From IMG/VR virus record IMGVR_UViG_3300048686_000254, positions 1 through 54,857 of that record: a stretch of 54,857 bases of DNA. The stretch is one strand, 5' to 3'. The stretch is from a virus (Duplodnaviria; Caudoviricetes). Position numbers and translations under genes: made by a program. Shown piece by piece: positions 17,733 to 27,387 of this stretch. The notes below the pieces were generated by a model. The model searched no databases. It had not been told where the DNA came from and saw only the letters and a list, made by a program, of their open reading frames with translations. Numbering within the stretch: the first letter of the stretch is position 1; each line of letters starts with the position of its first letter.

Positions 17733-18620
17733 TTAGACTCCGTAGAGAAGTTTACGTTGTTGCTCTAATGTAGCACGCCTAGCTGGATCCATGTAATTAT
17801 ACATTCCGCCAGCTCCAGCCTGATACTTCAATGGTGCAAGCGGATCTTCAGTCATACTTAACTGTTGTTGCATTTGACCATATTGACCCATTTGAGCTAA
17901 TGCTCCAGGTCCCATGCCAGCTGTATTTAGATTCATTGCATATGGCTTAAACATTTCAAGCTGATTCTGCAAATCTGCAATTCTCGTAGCTTCCGACTGC
18001 CCAAATGCTGTTCCAGCCTGAGAAAGAGCTTGCTGTTGCGCCTGCGTTCCTTGTGCAAATAATCCCGCCAAAGACTCACGATTAGCCTGTCCTAAGTTGG
18101 ACATTCCAGCCGCAAGAGCAGCTGGACTAGCGCCAGCATTCTGCATAGCTTCACGCATCATTCGCTGGTTATTACCTAAATTCATTTGTGTTTGCGCTGT
18201 CACAGCCTTCATCATCTCATCACCTTGACCAAGAAGACGAGATCCGATATTTCGTTGAGCGGCTGTTGCCTGCAATCCTTCAGCCGAAGATTTTCCGATA
18301 TAGCGATTTGCTGCTTGAGCTGCCTCTCTCTGAGCAGCAGGACCCATAGCGCCAGTGGCTGTATATGCAGATTCACCCATTAATTGTTTTAATGTATTGA
18401 TATCTGCCTGAGTTTTTGCTGCATTTGCTGTAGCCTGGTCTGTAGCTCCAAATGCATCCATCAATCCCATACCTAAGCCTGGGGCAAGACCGCCAATGAC
18501 ACTACCCCACATGTCTTTTTTGCCTTGATCGCCAGTAAATAATCCGGCGATTGCATTTCCGACTCCAGGCATTCCAGCAGCTGCACTACCTACGCCTAAT
18601 AATAGATTTAGCCAATCCAT
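17733..18620 (-). CDS. Putative DNA ejection (pilot-like) protein
   Basis: Gly/Ala hydrophobic N-terminus (MDWLNLLLGVGSAAAG...GSVIGGLAPGLGMG) followed by A/Q/M-rich coiled coil, typical of podovirus small ejection proteins. Confidence 0.55.
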   Translation of the reverse strand: MDWLNLLLGVGSAAAGMPGVGNAIAGLFTGDQGKKDMWGSVIGGLAPGLGMGLMDAFGATDQATANAAKTQADINTLKQLMGESAYTATGAMGPAAQREAAQAANRYIGKSSAEGLQATAAQRNIGSRLLGQGDEMMKAVTAQTQMNLGNNQRMMREAMQNAGASPAALAAGMSNLGQANRESLAGLFAQGTQAQQQALSQAGTAFGQSEATRIADLQNQLEMFKPYAMNLNTAGMGPGALAQMGQYGQMQQQLSMTEDPLAPLKYQAGAGGMYNYMDPARRATLEQQRKLLYGV

Positions 18621-18654
18621 GTAGATTTCCTAAGAATTATACGTAAATTAGCAC

Positions 18655-19044
18655 ATGAAAAAGAAAAAAGCCACAGGAATTGATGCAGAAGATTTTGGCA
18701 TGATGCGAGTAACATCGCAGGGTCAAAAGTCAAACAACGATGCAATCGTACTGGCTGTCAACCGTATCATTGACGGATTAGATGTAGACCTAGATGCCCT
18801 GCAAAAAGGCGCTTCTGCTGGTATGCTTCTGTCAATAGATAGGCTTACGACTATTATCAGCGATACTGTAGACGATGACCTACGCATTAAAGCAGTAAAT
18901 TCCCTGACATCTATAGCCAACCATGTTATACGTAGGCGTGAGCTTGCACTTGAAGAAGGCGGAAGTATCACTGTAAATGTTTCGGCTAGTCATGTGCCAC
19001 CTAAACTCCCAAAATCAGAGGTGCAAAAGCAGTTAGATGAGTAA
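18655..19044 (+). CDS. Putative terminase small subunit
   Basis: 129 aa, helical, overlaps the TerL start; C-terminal ITVNV strand. Confidence 0.5.
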   Translation: MKKKKATGIDAEDFGMMRVTSQGQKSNNDAIVLAVNRIIDGLDVDLDALQKGASAGMLLSIDRLTTIISDTVDDDLRIKAVNSLTSIANHVIRRRELALEEGGSITVNVSASHVPPKLPKSEVQKQLDE

Positions 19045-20482
19045 GAAGGGACTAGAGATAAATATATCTGACCTGATTACATTTTCTGCCAAACAACAGG
19101 AAGTGTTTGATCACATCGGTCGTAAGTCCTATATCGTTGCAGGTGGAGCCCGTGGTGGCGGTAAAACTTATATGGCAGTTGCCATAGCGGTGCTTTGTGC
19201 TATCCTATTTCCAGGGTTGCGCATTATGATCATTCGTAAATCTTTGGACGAATTGCGCCAGCAAATCATTGAAAATGAACTACTTAAGAAATACTACCCA
19301 GGAAAGTTATTTAACTGGAGAGAAACTAAAAAGACAGCTTATTTCCCGAATGGAAGCAAGATCTACTTCCGGTCAATCGAGGAAGATGCGGACGTCAGTA
19401 AGCTCCAAGGGGTTGAAATTGGTTTACTTATTTTGGACGAAGGTAACCAGCTTTCTGAACTTGCTATTCGCAAGCTACTAGGTTCCTTGCGGGACTTTGG
19501 AAATACTGGCTTTAAGCCTACGATGATTATGACATGTAACCCAGGTGGCATGTCTGACGGATACCTTAAGAAATACTGGGTGATGCCAGACCATAATAAG
19601 TGGGAGCCAAAAGAACTTATTAAGAAGAACGAGTACGCCTACGTACCATTTGGCGTATATGACAATCCGCATGCAACCCAAGAGTACATAGACTATCTAG
19701 AAACACTCCCTGAAGATCTACGCGCCCAGTGGCTTCTCGGCTCATGGGATATCATGAGTGGCGCGTTCTTTGGGGAGTGGGACCCACGGGTACACATCGT
19801 AACGGAGCTATTTGAAATACCTGATGACTGGGTGCGGTTTCGCGCAATTGACTTGGGGTACGGACTTCACCCTTCCGTATGTCTATTTGCTGCCCAAGAT
19901 CCAGTCAAAGGTACGGTGTACGTCTATGATGAGGTTAGCACTAAGGAAACTACAGATATTTTTATCGAAGAGATAATCAATGCCAGCGGCGATGCAGACT
20001 TTGCAGCTACATACTTTGACCCTAACTCTATGAAATCTAGGCGTGGTGAGACGGCTGATGCCCTATCCCCTGCCCAGATGTTTGAGCGGGAAGGAATATA
20101 CGTACAGCCAGCTATCAATGAGCGGGTAAACGGCTGGTTGAATGTAAAAACATATTTAACAAATAAGCCAGAGCGCCCTACTAAACTTAAGATATTTATG
20201 AATTGCATTGGCTTAATTGAGACAATCCCGCTCCAGCGGTATGTTCCAGGTAAGGCAGATTTGAATACTCGTGGACAGGATGACTATGTAGATGCCCTGC
20301 GCTATCTGCTTAGCCACATACCATATGGTGCTACTATATCCCATGATGGAAGTATAAGTGACGATGAAAAAGGTTTAGGGATTGAGAACGATAGATATGC
20401 ATATTTGCGGAGTAAAGAACCTTTAAGCCCTAACTATGTTGAGTTTGAAGATCTTATTGTTTCACGATACGCAATTTACTGA
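19037..20482 (+). CDS. terL: Terminase large subunit
   Basis: Walker A GGARGGGKT, Walker B LLILDE, coupling motif TCNPGG, nuclease AIDLG...DD.VDALRY. Confidence 0.95.
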   Translation: MSKKGLEINISDLITFSAKQQEVFDHIGRKSYIVAGGARGGGKTYMAVAIAVLCAILFPGLRIMIIRKSLDELRQQIIENELLKKYYPGKLFNWRETKKTAYFPNGSKIYFRSIEEDADVSKLQGVEIGLLILDEGNQLSELAIRKLLGSLRDFGNTGFKPTMIMTCNPGGMSDGYLKKYWVMPDHNKWEPKELIKKNEYAYVPFGVYDNPHATQEYIDYLETLPEDLRAQWLLGSWDIMSGAFFGEWDPRVHIVTELFEIPDDWVRFRAIDLGYGLHPSVCLFAAQDPVKGTVYVYDEVSTKETTDIFIEEIINASGDADFAATYFDPNSMKSRRGETADALSPAQMFEREGIYVQPAINERVNGWLNVKTYLTNKPERPTKLKIFMNCIGLIETIPLQRYVPGKADLNTRGQDDYVDALRYLLSHIPYGATISHDGSISDDEKGLGIENDRYAYLRSKEPLSPNYVEFEDLIVSRYAIY

Positions 20483-20483
20483 T

Positions 20484-20741
20484 ATGGCAAAGAACGGAAT
20501 TGGTAAGGATCTTTTGAAGATTACATATCGCATTAAGCCGAAATCTGTGTCTACTCCTAAAGAAGAGGAGATGGACGAGATGGAAGAAACCGAAGAAACT
20601 GAAGGTGGAGATCCAGGCTCTATGCTACGTGAAGCTGCTGATATGATTGATCAAGGCGACGTAGAAGAAGCATATAAGATCATTGACGAAGCAGTCGCGA
20701 TGTGTAAAGAAATGCACGGCGGCGAAGAAGAGTATGACTGA
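20484..20741 (+). CDS. Small acidic hypothetical protein
   Basis: ATG at 20484, between TerL and portal; Glu-rich. Confidence 0.55.
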   Translation: MAKNGIGKDLLKITYRIKPKSVSTPKEEEMDEMEETEETEGGDPGSMLREAADMIDQGDVEEAYKIIDEAVAMCKEMHGGEEEYD

Positions 20742-22713
20742 GTTTACTCCGTTTAGATTATCTGAAGTTCCTGATGGACTTATTGTTAAGGATAGTTACC
20801 TTGACGAAAGTCTATCGGATGTTTACACTCGAATCATTGACGATATTGAGACGGCTCGCCCACTCTTTGCTGACATGTGGGCTGAGGCAAGGCGCAACAG
20901 CCAGTTCGTGCAAGGTAATCAGTGGGATGAGCAAGATCGTGATGCGCATGAGCGTCAGAATCGTATACCATATGTATTTGATCAGATCTCTCCTAAAGTT
21001 AATGCAGTTCTTGGTGTTCATTCAGCACGGCGTGTAGAAGCTAGTGTTGTTCCAACAGAACCAGGAGATGAGCCTACAGCATATGTAGCTAATCGCCTTA
21101 TTAAATGGTGTGAGCAAATCAATCGTATGGATGAAGTAGAAGCAGAAGTCTTCTATGATATGATTGTAAAGAAAGTTGGATGCACAGTAACTCGTTGGGC
21201 TTTAACAGATACACTCTCCGGTCGTCCTGTAGTAGAGCGTATTCCAATCTATCAAATGATGTGGGACCCTAACGCAGTTGACGTTAGTCTCGCTGATGCT
21301 AAGTGGATGTGCCGCGTTATTCCTATTACTCGACAGGACGCAATCGAGCGTTGGCCTGAGTTTGAGGAAGCTGTACGCAATGCAGGTGGATACGGTGATG
21401 AGTCATCACTTGTGCGCACGGACGTAATGACGGCACGCCAGCGTTTTATGGCGCAATCAGGTCGAGCTATATCCGAAGTTGATCTACGTGGAGACATCAT
21501 TGCTATCGAGCATTTTGAAAAAGCAAAGCAGTATATCTACATAGTAGTAGACCAGGTTGCAAATCAGATGAATGAGTTTGATAATCCTGAGTCCGCAAAG
21601 AGCTACGTGGATGGATTGCTTTCACAGTATGCTGAAGGCGATGTTCCGCTTATAGACTCCGAAGGTAATGACATGGTAACTACGGTTACACTGTCTAAAG
21701 ACATTGTTATTCAATCTCTTGTCTTCGGGTCAGAATGTGTATCACGCGAGGTAACAGAACTGCCGGACTTCCCATATCAGATTGCATTTTGCTATCATGA
21801 TGATGGTGAGTATTGGTCATTTGTAGATCAGCTTATAGATCCACAGATGTTCCAGAATCGCATGATTTCTGAGCTTGACAACCAGATTGGTCGTGGTAAT
21901 AAGAATATTATGACGGTTGTAGAGCAAAAGCTAAAGCGCGGCTATACTATTGTAGATCTCTCCCGTGAAGCATCTAAGGTATCCCCGAAGATCCCTGTTC
22001 TCTCGCATGATGCAATCAACGTCGTACCAAACCAACCAGCACAGTCTGACCTGGTTCCAGCAATTACAATGGCTATTAGCCACATGACAGATATCGTCGG
22101 TGGTCGTAATGCACTTGGCTTACAGGAAAATGCAGCTGAGTCTGGAGCTGCCGTACGAGCCCGTCAGGAAGCAGCTGGTATGGCACGTATGCCAGTATTC
22201 GCACATATCAACTCATGGCGTCGCAAGGTAACGGAGATGTGCCTATGGTACATGCGTCGATATTTAGCACCTGAGCAACAGATGCGAATTATGGGTGAAG
22301 AAGGAAAACCTGAGTGGATTCTTGTAACTCAGGAAGTACTTGACTCTTTAGTTTCGGCACGCATGGATGTGCTTGTTACAGAGGCGGTCGATACACTGAC
22401 AGCCCGCGAGCGTCAATTTGTACAGGTTAAGGAGCTATTCCAAACTATTGGCCCTATGCTTCCACCTGACGTTATTATTACTACAATGCTTGAGTACTCA
22501 TCGATTGAACAAGAAACAAAATCGAAGATTCTCGGCATGCTACCAGCAATTCAGCAGTATCAGCAACAGCAAGCTCAGCAAGCAAACATGGCTAAAATGG
22601 AGCAATCTGTACAGAACTCTGTATTGCGTAAACAGATGAAAGATCAATTAGAACAGCAGCAGGCCGCGCCCGCCTCGCAGCAAGCTGCAAATCCTACTTT
22701 GGGCGGTATATAA
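20734..22713 (+). CDS. Portal protein (P22-like)
   Basis: FVQGNQW...FDQISPKVNAVLG; MWDPNA...LADAKW; LIDPQ..NRMIS; LG.....ESGAAVRARQEAA; Gln-rich C-terminal barrel. Confidence 0.9.
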   Translation: MTEFTPFRLSEVPDGLIVKDSYLDESLSDVYTRIIDDIETARPLFADMWAEARRNSQFVQGNQWDEQDRDAHERQNRIPYVFDQISPKVNAVLGVHSARRVEASVVPTEPGDEPTAYVANRLIKWCEQINRMDEVEAEVFYDMIVKKVGCTVTRWALTDTLSGRPVVERIPIYQMMWDPNAVDVSLADAKWMCRVIPITRQDAIERWPEFEEAVRNAGGYGDESSLVRTDVMTARQRFMAQSGRAISEVDLRGDIIAIEHFEKAKQYIYIVVDQVANQMNEFDNPESAKSYVDGLLSQYAEGDVPLIDSEGNDMVTTVTLSKDIVIQSLVFGSECVSREVTELPDFPYQIAFCYHDDGEYWSFVDQLIDPQMFQNRMISELDNQIGRGNKNIMTVVEQKLKRGYTIVDLSREASKVSPKIPVLSHDAINVVPNQPAQSDLVPAITMAISHMTDIVGGRNALGLQENAAESGAAVRARQEAAGMARMPVFAHINSWRRKVTEMCLWYMRRYLAPEQQMRIMGEEGKPEWILVTQEVLDSLVSARMDVLVTEAVDTLTARERQFVQVKELFQTIGPMLPPDVIITTMLEYSSIEQETKSKILGMLPAIQQYQQQQAQQANMAKMEQSVQNSVLRKQMKDQLEQQQAAPASQQAANPTLGGI

Positions 22714-22745
22714 TCTACGCAGTAGATTTCTTGCGGAGTTTTATT

Positions 22746-23720
22746 ATGGACAACAATATTCAAGAACAAGAGGAATACTATGAAGAAGGCAGCGAAAATG
22801 TCGCCGATGATGAAGAAGGCTTCGACGAAGATGGCTACATCGAAGATGAAGGCGTATCCGAAGAAGGGTATGAAGAAGTAGATCAGGATGAGTCTGATGA
22901 AGAAATCATCGACGCACCTGAAGATTTCCGTGTACAAATTCCGGTAACACAGCCAGATGGCACAATACGTGAATCGGTACTTGATCAAGAAACTCTTACT
23001 CAGGTTGTTAGTAAGGGTTATGCCTACGATGAGCTATATCACCAGGCTACCCTGATTCAACAGCAAGCGCAACAATCAAAAGCATTAGTCGATTTTGTAG
23101 CTCAAGATCCTATTCTAGCTAGGATGACATGGATGCGAGCAAATAACTTCTCACAAGAAGACATTTTGAATGATATAAAGACTGTGATGGAAACAATGGG
23201 AAATAACCAAAACGAAACAGATCCATACCTTGACGAACTTGATGATAGTCAGCGTCAGGTATATATGCAGATGAAGCGCCAGCAGGATGAAGTAGCGCAG
23301 AAGAGCCAACAGCTTGAGCAGCAACTTCAGAACTTGCAAAGCCAGAAGTATATGGAAGATACGGCTAATCACAATAGCCGAGTATTCGACAAAGCACTCG
23401 CAGATCTTGGATTTGATTATGATCCCAAAAATGATATATCTAAGATTCAGCAAGCAGTAGTATCACTTTACCCTGACATTGATCCTCGTGTAACGAAGTT
23501 CAATAAGCAGCAGGCTGAAGCAATCTTGCAGTATGCAGGCTTGCGTCGCAGGTCTGCAAAGACAACATCGAAGATTCAACAAGTCACAAAAGCTAAATCT
23601 GCGCCTCGTGTTCTAGGTGGCTCAAAGTCATCCGGAACAAACAAGCGTCAGGTTCCGCCTGCGACGATTGGAAACACAATCGAAGATCGGCGTAAGGCTT
23701 TGCTAAACTTAGGATTTTAA
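22746..23720 (+). CDS. Capsid scaffolding protein
   Basis: Very acidic N-terminus, Gln-rich coiled coil, basic C-terminus; between portal and MCP. Confidence 0.75.
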   Translation: MDNNIQEQEEYYEEGSENVADDEEGFDEDGYIEDEGVSEEGYEEVDQDESDEEIIDAPEDFRVQIPVTQPDGTIRESVLDQETLTQVVSKGYAYDELYHQATLIQQQAQQSKALVDFVAQDPILARMTWMRANNFSQEDILNDIKTVMETMGNNQNETDPYLDELDDSQRQVYMQMKRQQDEVAQKSQQLEQQLQNLQSQKYMEDTANHNSRVFDKALADLGFDYDPKNDISKIQQAVVSLYPDIDPRVTKFNKQQAEAILQYAGLRRRSAKTTSKIQQVTKAKSAPRVLGGSKSSGTNKRQVPPATIGNTIEDRRKALLNLGF

Positions 23721-23763
23721 TTTGTAGTTAATTAAATAATTTAATTTAATGGAGTAACGCCTT

Positions 23764-25041
23764 ATGGCATGGCTTAATAGTACCCGTCGCGGAATCCGCA
23801 CGACGCAAACTGTGAACCCACAGAACGTCAAGCCGGATATTAGCGAACAAATCCGTACCCTCTACCCAGAGGCTACACCAATCATCACCCTCATGGAGAA
23901 GATCTCCAGCGCGGGCCGTCCAAAGAGCAAGAAGGTTCAAGTACGTAAGTACTATGCAACTGACTTCCTCGATCAAATCACAGCTGTCACAGTTGGTACA
24001 GCCACAGAAACACGTTTTGCTCGCCTGACGGTAGCACAGACATCACGCCCGAATATCTCTGGTTTGATGTACTACCCACAGGATAAGCTTTACATTGTTG
24101 CTACTGGTCAGACTGTAGAAGTTGTCATGACACCTGAAGCAGCTTACCAGATCAATGGTAGCGACCTTACGCTTACAGCAGGTCTGACTGGCAACACAAC
24201 AACACGTTCAGCAGCAGGCACAATCGTTGTCCGCGTAGTTGAGCCAGTTGCTATTGTAAACCCAGGCAACTCTGACTTCTGGCACTTGGGTCGTACAATC
24301 TGGGAATCACAGCCAATCCAGGCTCAGTCATATCAGCGTGACGTTGTGTTCGACTACAACTTTGTAGAGCACAAGGAAGCTGTTCTTGACGTAACAGAGG
24401 ACGAACTTGAGTACGTACAAACATACGGCTCGATGAAGGACTTTGACTTCCAGAAGCGCGAGACAATCGAAGAGTTCAAGAAGCAGATCAATAACACATG
24501 TTGGTATTCAGAGCGTGCTGTTAACTATGATCAGAACGGTCGTCCAACGTATCACATGCGTGGTTTGCTCAATGCTATCAAGACAAACGTAACGGTATAT
24601 AACCCTACGCAGTCAGGCTTGGACTTTGAAGAACTCATCTCGAACTTCATGTACAAGCAAGCATTCCGCTACCAGGGCGCAAAGCGCAAGTTCGCTTTCG
24701 TTGGTGCTGACTTCCTCCACAACTTTAACCGTGCCTTCCGCGAGTATCGCCGCTCAGACATCAATGTTGCTAAGCAAACACCAGGTCTGAACATCACGAC
24801 TTACGACTGGATGGGTTATCAGCTTGACCTCGTACGTAACGAGACATTCCGCCTTGGTACGCCACAGTCACACTGGTGCTGTGTCATTGACCCAGAGCAG
24901 ATTGACTATCATGTGACAAAGAATTACGATGTGCGTGAGTACTCGAACAACAATGAGCGCGACAAGAAGCTCATGATCGAGTGGTCTGGTACGCTCTCGT
25001 TCCACCTTGAAGAGCATCACGCTCTCCTCCGTACAGCTTAA
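23764..25041 (+). CDS. Major capsid protein (SU10/DUF5309-like HK97 fold)
   Basis: DISEQIRTLYPEATPIITLM at N-terminus; EFKKQIN..CWY; HMRGLL; strongly biased codon usage; position after scaffold. Confidence 0.85.
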   Translation: MAWLNSTRRGIRTTQTVNPQNVKPDISEQIRTLYPEATPIITLMEKISSAGRPKSKKVQVRKYYATDFLDQITAVTVGTATETRFARLTVAQTSRPNISGLMYYPQDKLYIVATGQTVEVVMTPEAAYQINGSDLTLTAGLTGNTTTRSAAGTIVVRVVEPVAIVNPGNSDFWHLGRTIWESQPIQAQSYQRDVVFDYNFVEHKEAVLDVTEDELEYVQTYGSMKDFDFQKRETIEEFKKQINNTCWYSERAVNYDQNGRPTYHMRGLLNAIKTNVTVYNPTQSGLDFEELISNFMYKQAFRYQGAKRKFAFVGADFLHNFNRAFREYRRSDINVAKQTPGLNITTYDWMGYQLDLVRNETFRLGTPQSHWCCVIDPEQIDYHVTKNYDVREYSNNNERDKKLMIEWSGTLSFHLEEHHALLRTA

Positions 25042-25065
25042 TTAACTTAATCAAAGGACATAACA

Positions 25066-25677
25066 ATGCGTTATATCGGTATTGATGATAATTTGGTCCT
25101 ACTCGCTGCAAGCGGAAAGCCAAAGTATCAATTCACAAACGGTGTGCTGATTGTAGGAACAGCAACCGGAACAGGCTCAGGAAACGAAGTTGTTCCTGAC
25201 CTATCAGGCACAGACCTTGATTCAAAGATGGCTACGCTCTATGCAACTGGAGCTACAGATTTGGCAAAGGTTGGTCTAGACAAGATCTTTTTTGAAGCAC
25301 CACCAATCGTAGCTGCTGGTACACTTGCTTCGGGTACATACTATGAACTAATCGCAGGTACAGCTGACCTTACGGATGCGGCTTATTCTGGTAAGTATAC
25401 GCTGGTTTCTCCAGGTACTATCCCAACAGCAAACCTCAAGTTCATTGCTCCTTCGGTTGTGATTAAGGCAACAGCCAGCATCACAGTTCCAGCTGGATCA
25501 GCAACTTGGGCTAAGTCACTTTCAATGGCAAACTACGATCCGCGTGAACTCGACGAGCGTATTGAGCACTTCCAGCTCAACAACTTGTCAGCCTTCAAGG
25601 ATGAGTCAGTTTACTCACCAGCTGCTTATGGTCCAAAGCCAGTAGCTGCTGCGACTGATCCTTACTACGTGCGTTAA
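25066..25677 (+). CDS. Putative capsid decoration / auxiliary capsid protein
   Basis: Directly follows MCP, same biased codon usage, Ala/Thr/Gly-rich, followed by a terminator. Confidence 0.55.
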   Translation: MRYIGIDDNLVLLAASGKPKYQFTNGVLIVGTATGTGSGNEVVPDLSGTDLDSKMATLYATGATDLAKVGLDKIFFEAPPIVAAGTLASGTYYELIAGTADLTDAAYSGKYTLVSPGTIPTANLKFIAPSVVIKATASITVPAGSATWAKSLSMANYDPRELDERIEHFQLNNLSAFKDESVYSPAAYGPKPVAAATDPYYVR

Positions 25678-25684
25678 GCAATAT

Positions 25685-25717
25685 CGGGGGCTTAGAAAGT
25701 CTAGGCCCCCGTTTTTT
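25685..25717 (+). terminator. Rho-independent terminator
   Basis: CGGGGGCTTAGA-AAG-TCTAGGCCCCCG-TTTTTT. Confidence 0.85.
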
Positions 25718-25741
25718 GTTCACCTTAACTACCTTTGAAAT

Positions 25742-26206
25742 ATGGACTTAACGACAGACAAAAAATCAAAAAAATCAATTCTTCAGAAAACACCTGAAGC
25801 ACAATTTGAACCACAACCAGTAGCACAGATTTATGATAAAGTGGAAGCTCCCCAGGCTTCACTGGAAGAAGAAGCGGAGCTTTTTGTGTCTCGCCACCGT
25901 GGGCTTACCTTGCAGATTATGACCGAGGTTGCGCATCAACCAGGTTACTATGTGCAAACGAATGTAGTGTTCCGTGATGGCAAGTATCGCACCGGAGATG
26001 CAGCAATCATAGGAGCTTTGAAAATGCAGCCAAACTTCGGAGGTACATATACCAAGAAGTTTTCCGACCGTCCAGCTAATGCACGCGAAAGCCTATATTA
26101 TGCTGGAAACCTACCAGATGAAATTCAAGTTATCGAGCGCCAGGAAGCAGAGCAACTGACACGCGATAAAACACAATACGAAGACCCATATCAAGTAAGA
26201 TCATGA
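25742..26206 (+). CDS. Hypothetical virion-module protein
   Basis: 154 aa; V.FRDGKYRT.D...I..L motif of a kind often seen after capsid genes. Confidence 0.55.
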   Translation: MDLTTDKKSKKSILQKTPEAQFEPQPVAQIYDKVEAPQASLEEEAELFVSRHRGLTLQIMTEVAHQPGYYVQTNVVFRDGKYRTGDAAIIGALKMQPNFGGTYTKKFSDRPANARESLYYAGNLPDEIQVIERQEAEQLTRDKTQYEDPYQVRS

Positions 26207-26631
26207 ACTCTATCTTCAGCTTCGAGGAAACCTTCACAGGTGGATTCCCTGTTAAATCATCTGACGCTACAGCTAACACGCTTGATGGTAAAGCATTCCG
26301 CGTGGGTTATCAAGCAGCTAAGCTTGAGAATGACCGTAGCAAGCTCATGCAGGATCAGTTAATGTTTGAACAGCAGAAAGCAGCTGTGATTCAGCAGCTT
26401 TTAGCAGCTCAGGCACAGGTAGCTGCTGCCGCTGGTGCACAGCTTGGAGCTCAGCAAGGTTTAGCTCAGGGTATTGGAATGGGTGCTAGTGCAGCCATGA
26501 TGCCAGGAATGAGTGGCGGAATGCCTCCAGGACCTGAAGCAATGATGGGTGGAGCGCCTCCTATGGGTGGTGGATCTCCAGGACCTATGGAAATTGGAAT
26601 GTCGCAAGCGCCTCAGATTCCAATGATGTAG
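26203..26631 (+). CDS. Hypothetical protein with coiled coil and Gly/Met/Pro low-complexity tail
   Basis: ATGA overlap; MMPGMSGGMPPGPEAMMGGAPPMGGG. Confidence 0.55.
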   Translation: MNSIFSFEETFTGGFPVKSSDATANTLDGKAFRVGYQAAKLENDRSKLMQDQLMFEQQKAAVIQQLLAAQAQVAAAAGAQLGAQQGLAQGIGMGASAAMMPGMSGGMPPGPEAMMGGAPPMGGGSPGPMEIGMSQAPQIPMM

Positions 26632-26652
26632 TCTTAGTACAAAATTTATTAT

Positions 26653-26703
26653 AGCCGTCGGGCCTCTGCGCAAGCATGCTATCTTACGACGGCTTTTCTT
26701 TTT
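26653..26703 (+). terminator. Terminator-like hairpin with large structured loop
   Basis: AGCCGTCG...CGACGGCT followed by TTTCTTTTT; internal TGC-GCAA-GCA hairpin. Confidence 0.6.
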
Positions 26704-26736
26704 AGGGGTTGCCAAAGCAGTTGAGTATTTTACAGC

Positions 26737-27387
26737 ATGCCTACTGCAACACAAATGAGAGATAAGGTCCGAGCCTTCCTTGACGATGAAGTCACAATGT
26801 GGAAGCAAGGGACGATGTGGTCTGATTCTCAGATAGATGCTGCTTTAGATGCAGCACAACTAGCATTTTCACGCTACTGCTACCTCAAGGAACAGTGGCA
26901 TCTTATTGCCAGACTTCATACAAGCGTTGGCGGAATATCTCCACTGACGCTTCCAGCCGACTATATGTTCTATGCATCTGCTACGGTAGACGCATTCAAC
27001 CCATTATCTACTACGCCACCGTTTCTCGATCCATATCCAGCAGTTCTCTATATAGGCTGGTCTGGAAGTTTATTTGCCAGTGACGAATTGCGGTATGTGG
27101 CATATATAAAGACTAGTACAGTAGAGTTTATGAATGGTTTGAATTCAGGCTTTGGAGATTTGTATTACTACAAGCGACCAACAAAAGTCACTACTGGCTC
27201 GAATCATACGGACTTTACAGATCCTTGTTATGATGCTATCATATACCATGCAGTAGCAATATTGCAACAGAAGGACTGGGGTCAGTGTTCAAGGTTTGTC
27301 AAGAATATGAATGCTGTTTTACAGTCTGTAATGACCGAGCCAGCTGGAATGTATCCACAAAATCTAAATGAGAATACAGACGCATGA
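26737..27387 (+). CDS. Tail adaptor/ring protein 1 (P22 gp4 / T7 gp11-like fold)
   Basis: N-terminal helices (MRDKVRAFLDD...WSDSQIDAALDAAQ), LPADY, LYYYKRP, DAIIYHAV. Confidence 0.7.
   Translation: MPTATQMRDKVRAFLDDEVTMWKQGTMWSDSQIDAALDAAQLAFSRYCYLKEQWHLIARLHTSVGGISPLTLPADYMFYASATVDAFNPLSTTPPFLDPYPAVLYIGWSGSLFASDELRYVAYIKTSTVEFMNGLNSGFGDLYYYKRPTKVTTGSNHTDFTDPCYDAIIYHAVAILQQKDWGQCSRFVKNMNAVLQSVMTEPAGMYPQNLNENTDA

Noticed and set aside
17040-18655. Recombinase-invertible segment for the antisense operon
   Set aside because: No flanking inverted repeats seen, and the left end overlaps a coding gene
22770-22920. GAAGAAGG/GATGAA repeats as a possible array
   Set aside because: They encode the acidic scaffold N-terminus and are not a spacer-repeat array
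23730-23746. AT-rich near-palindrome upstream of the MCP gene
   Set aside because: Pure A/T low complexity; most likely a translation-enhancing leader
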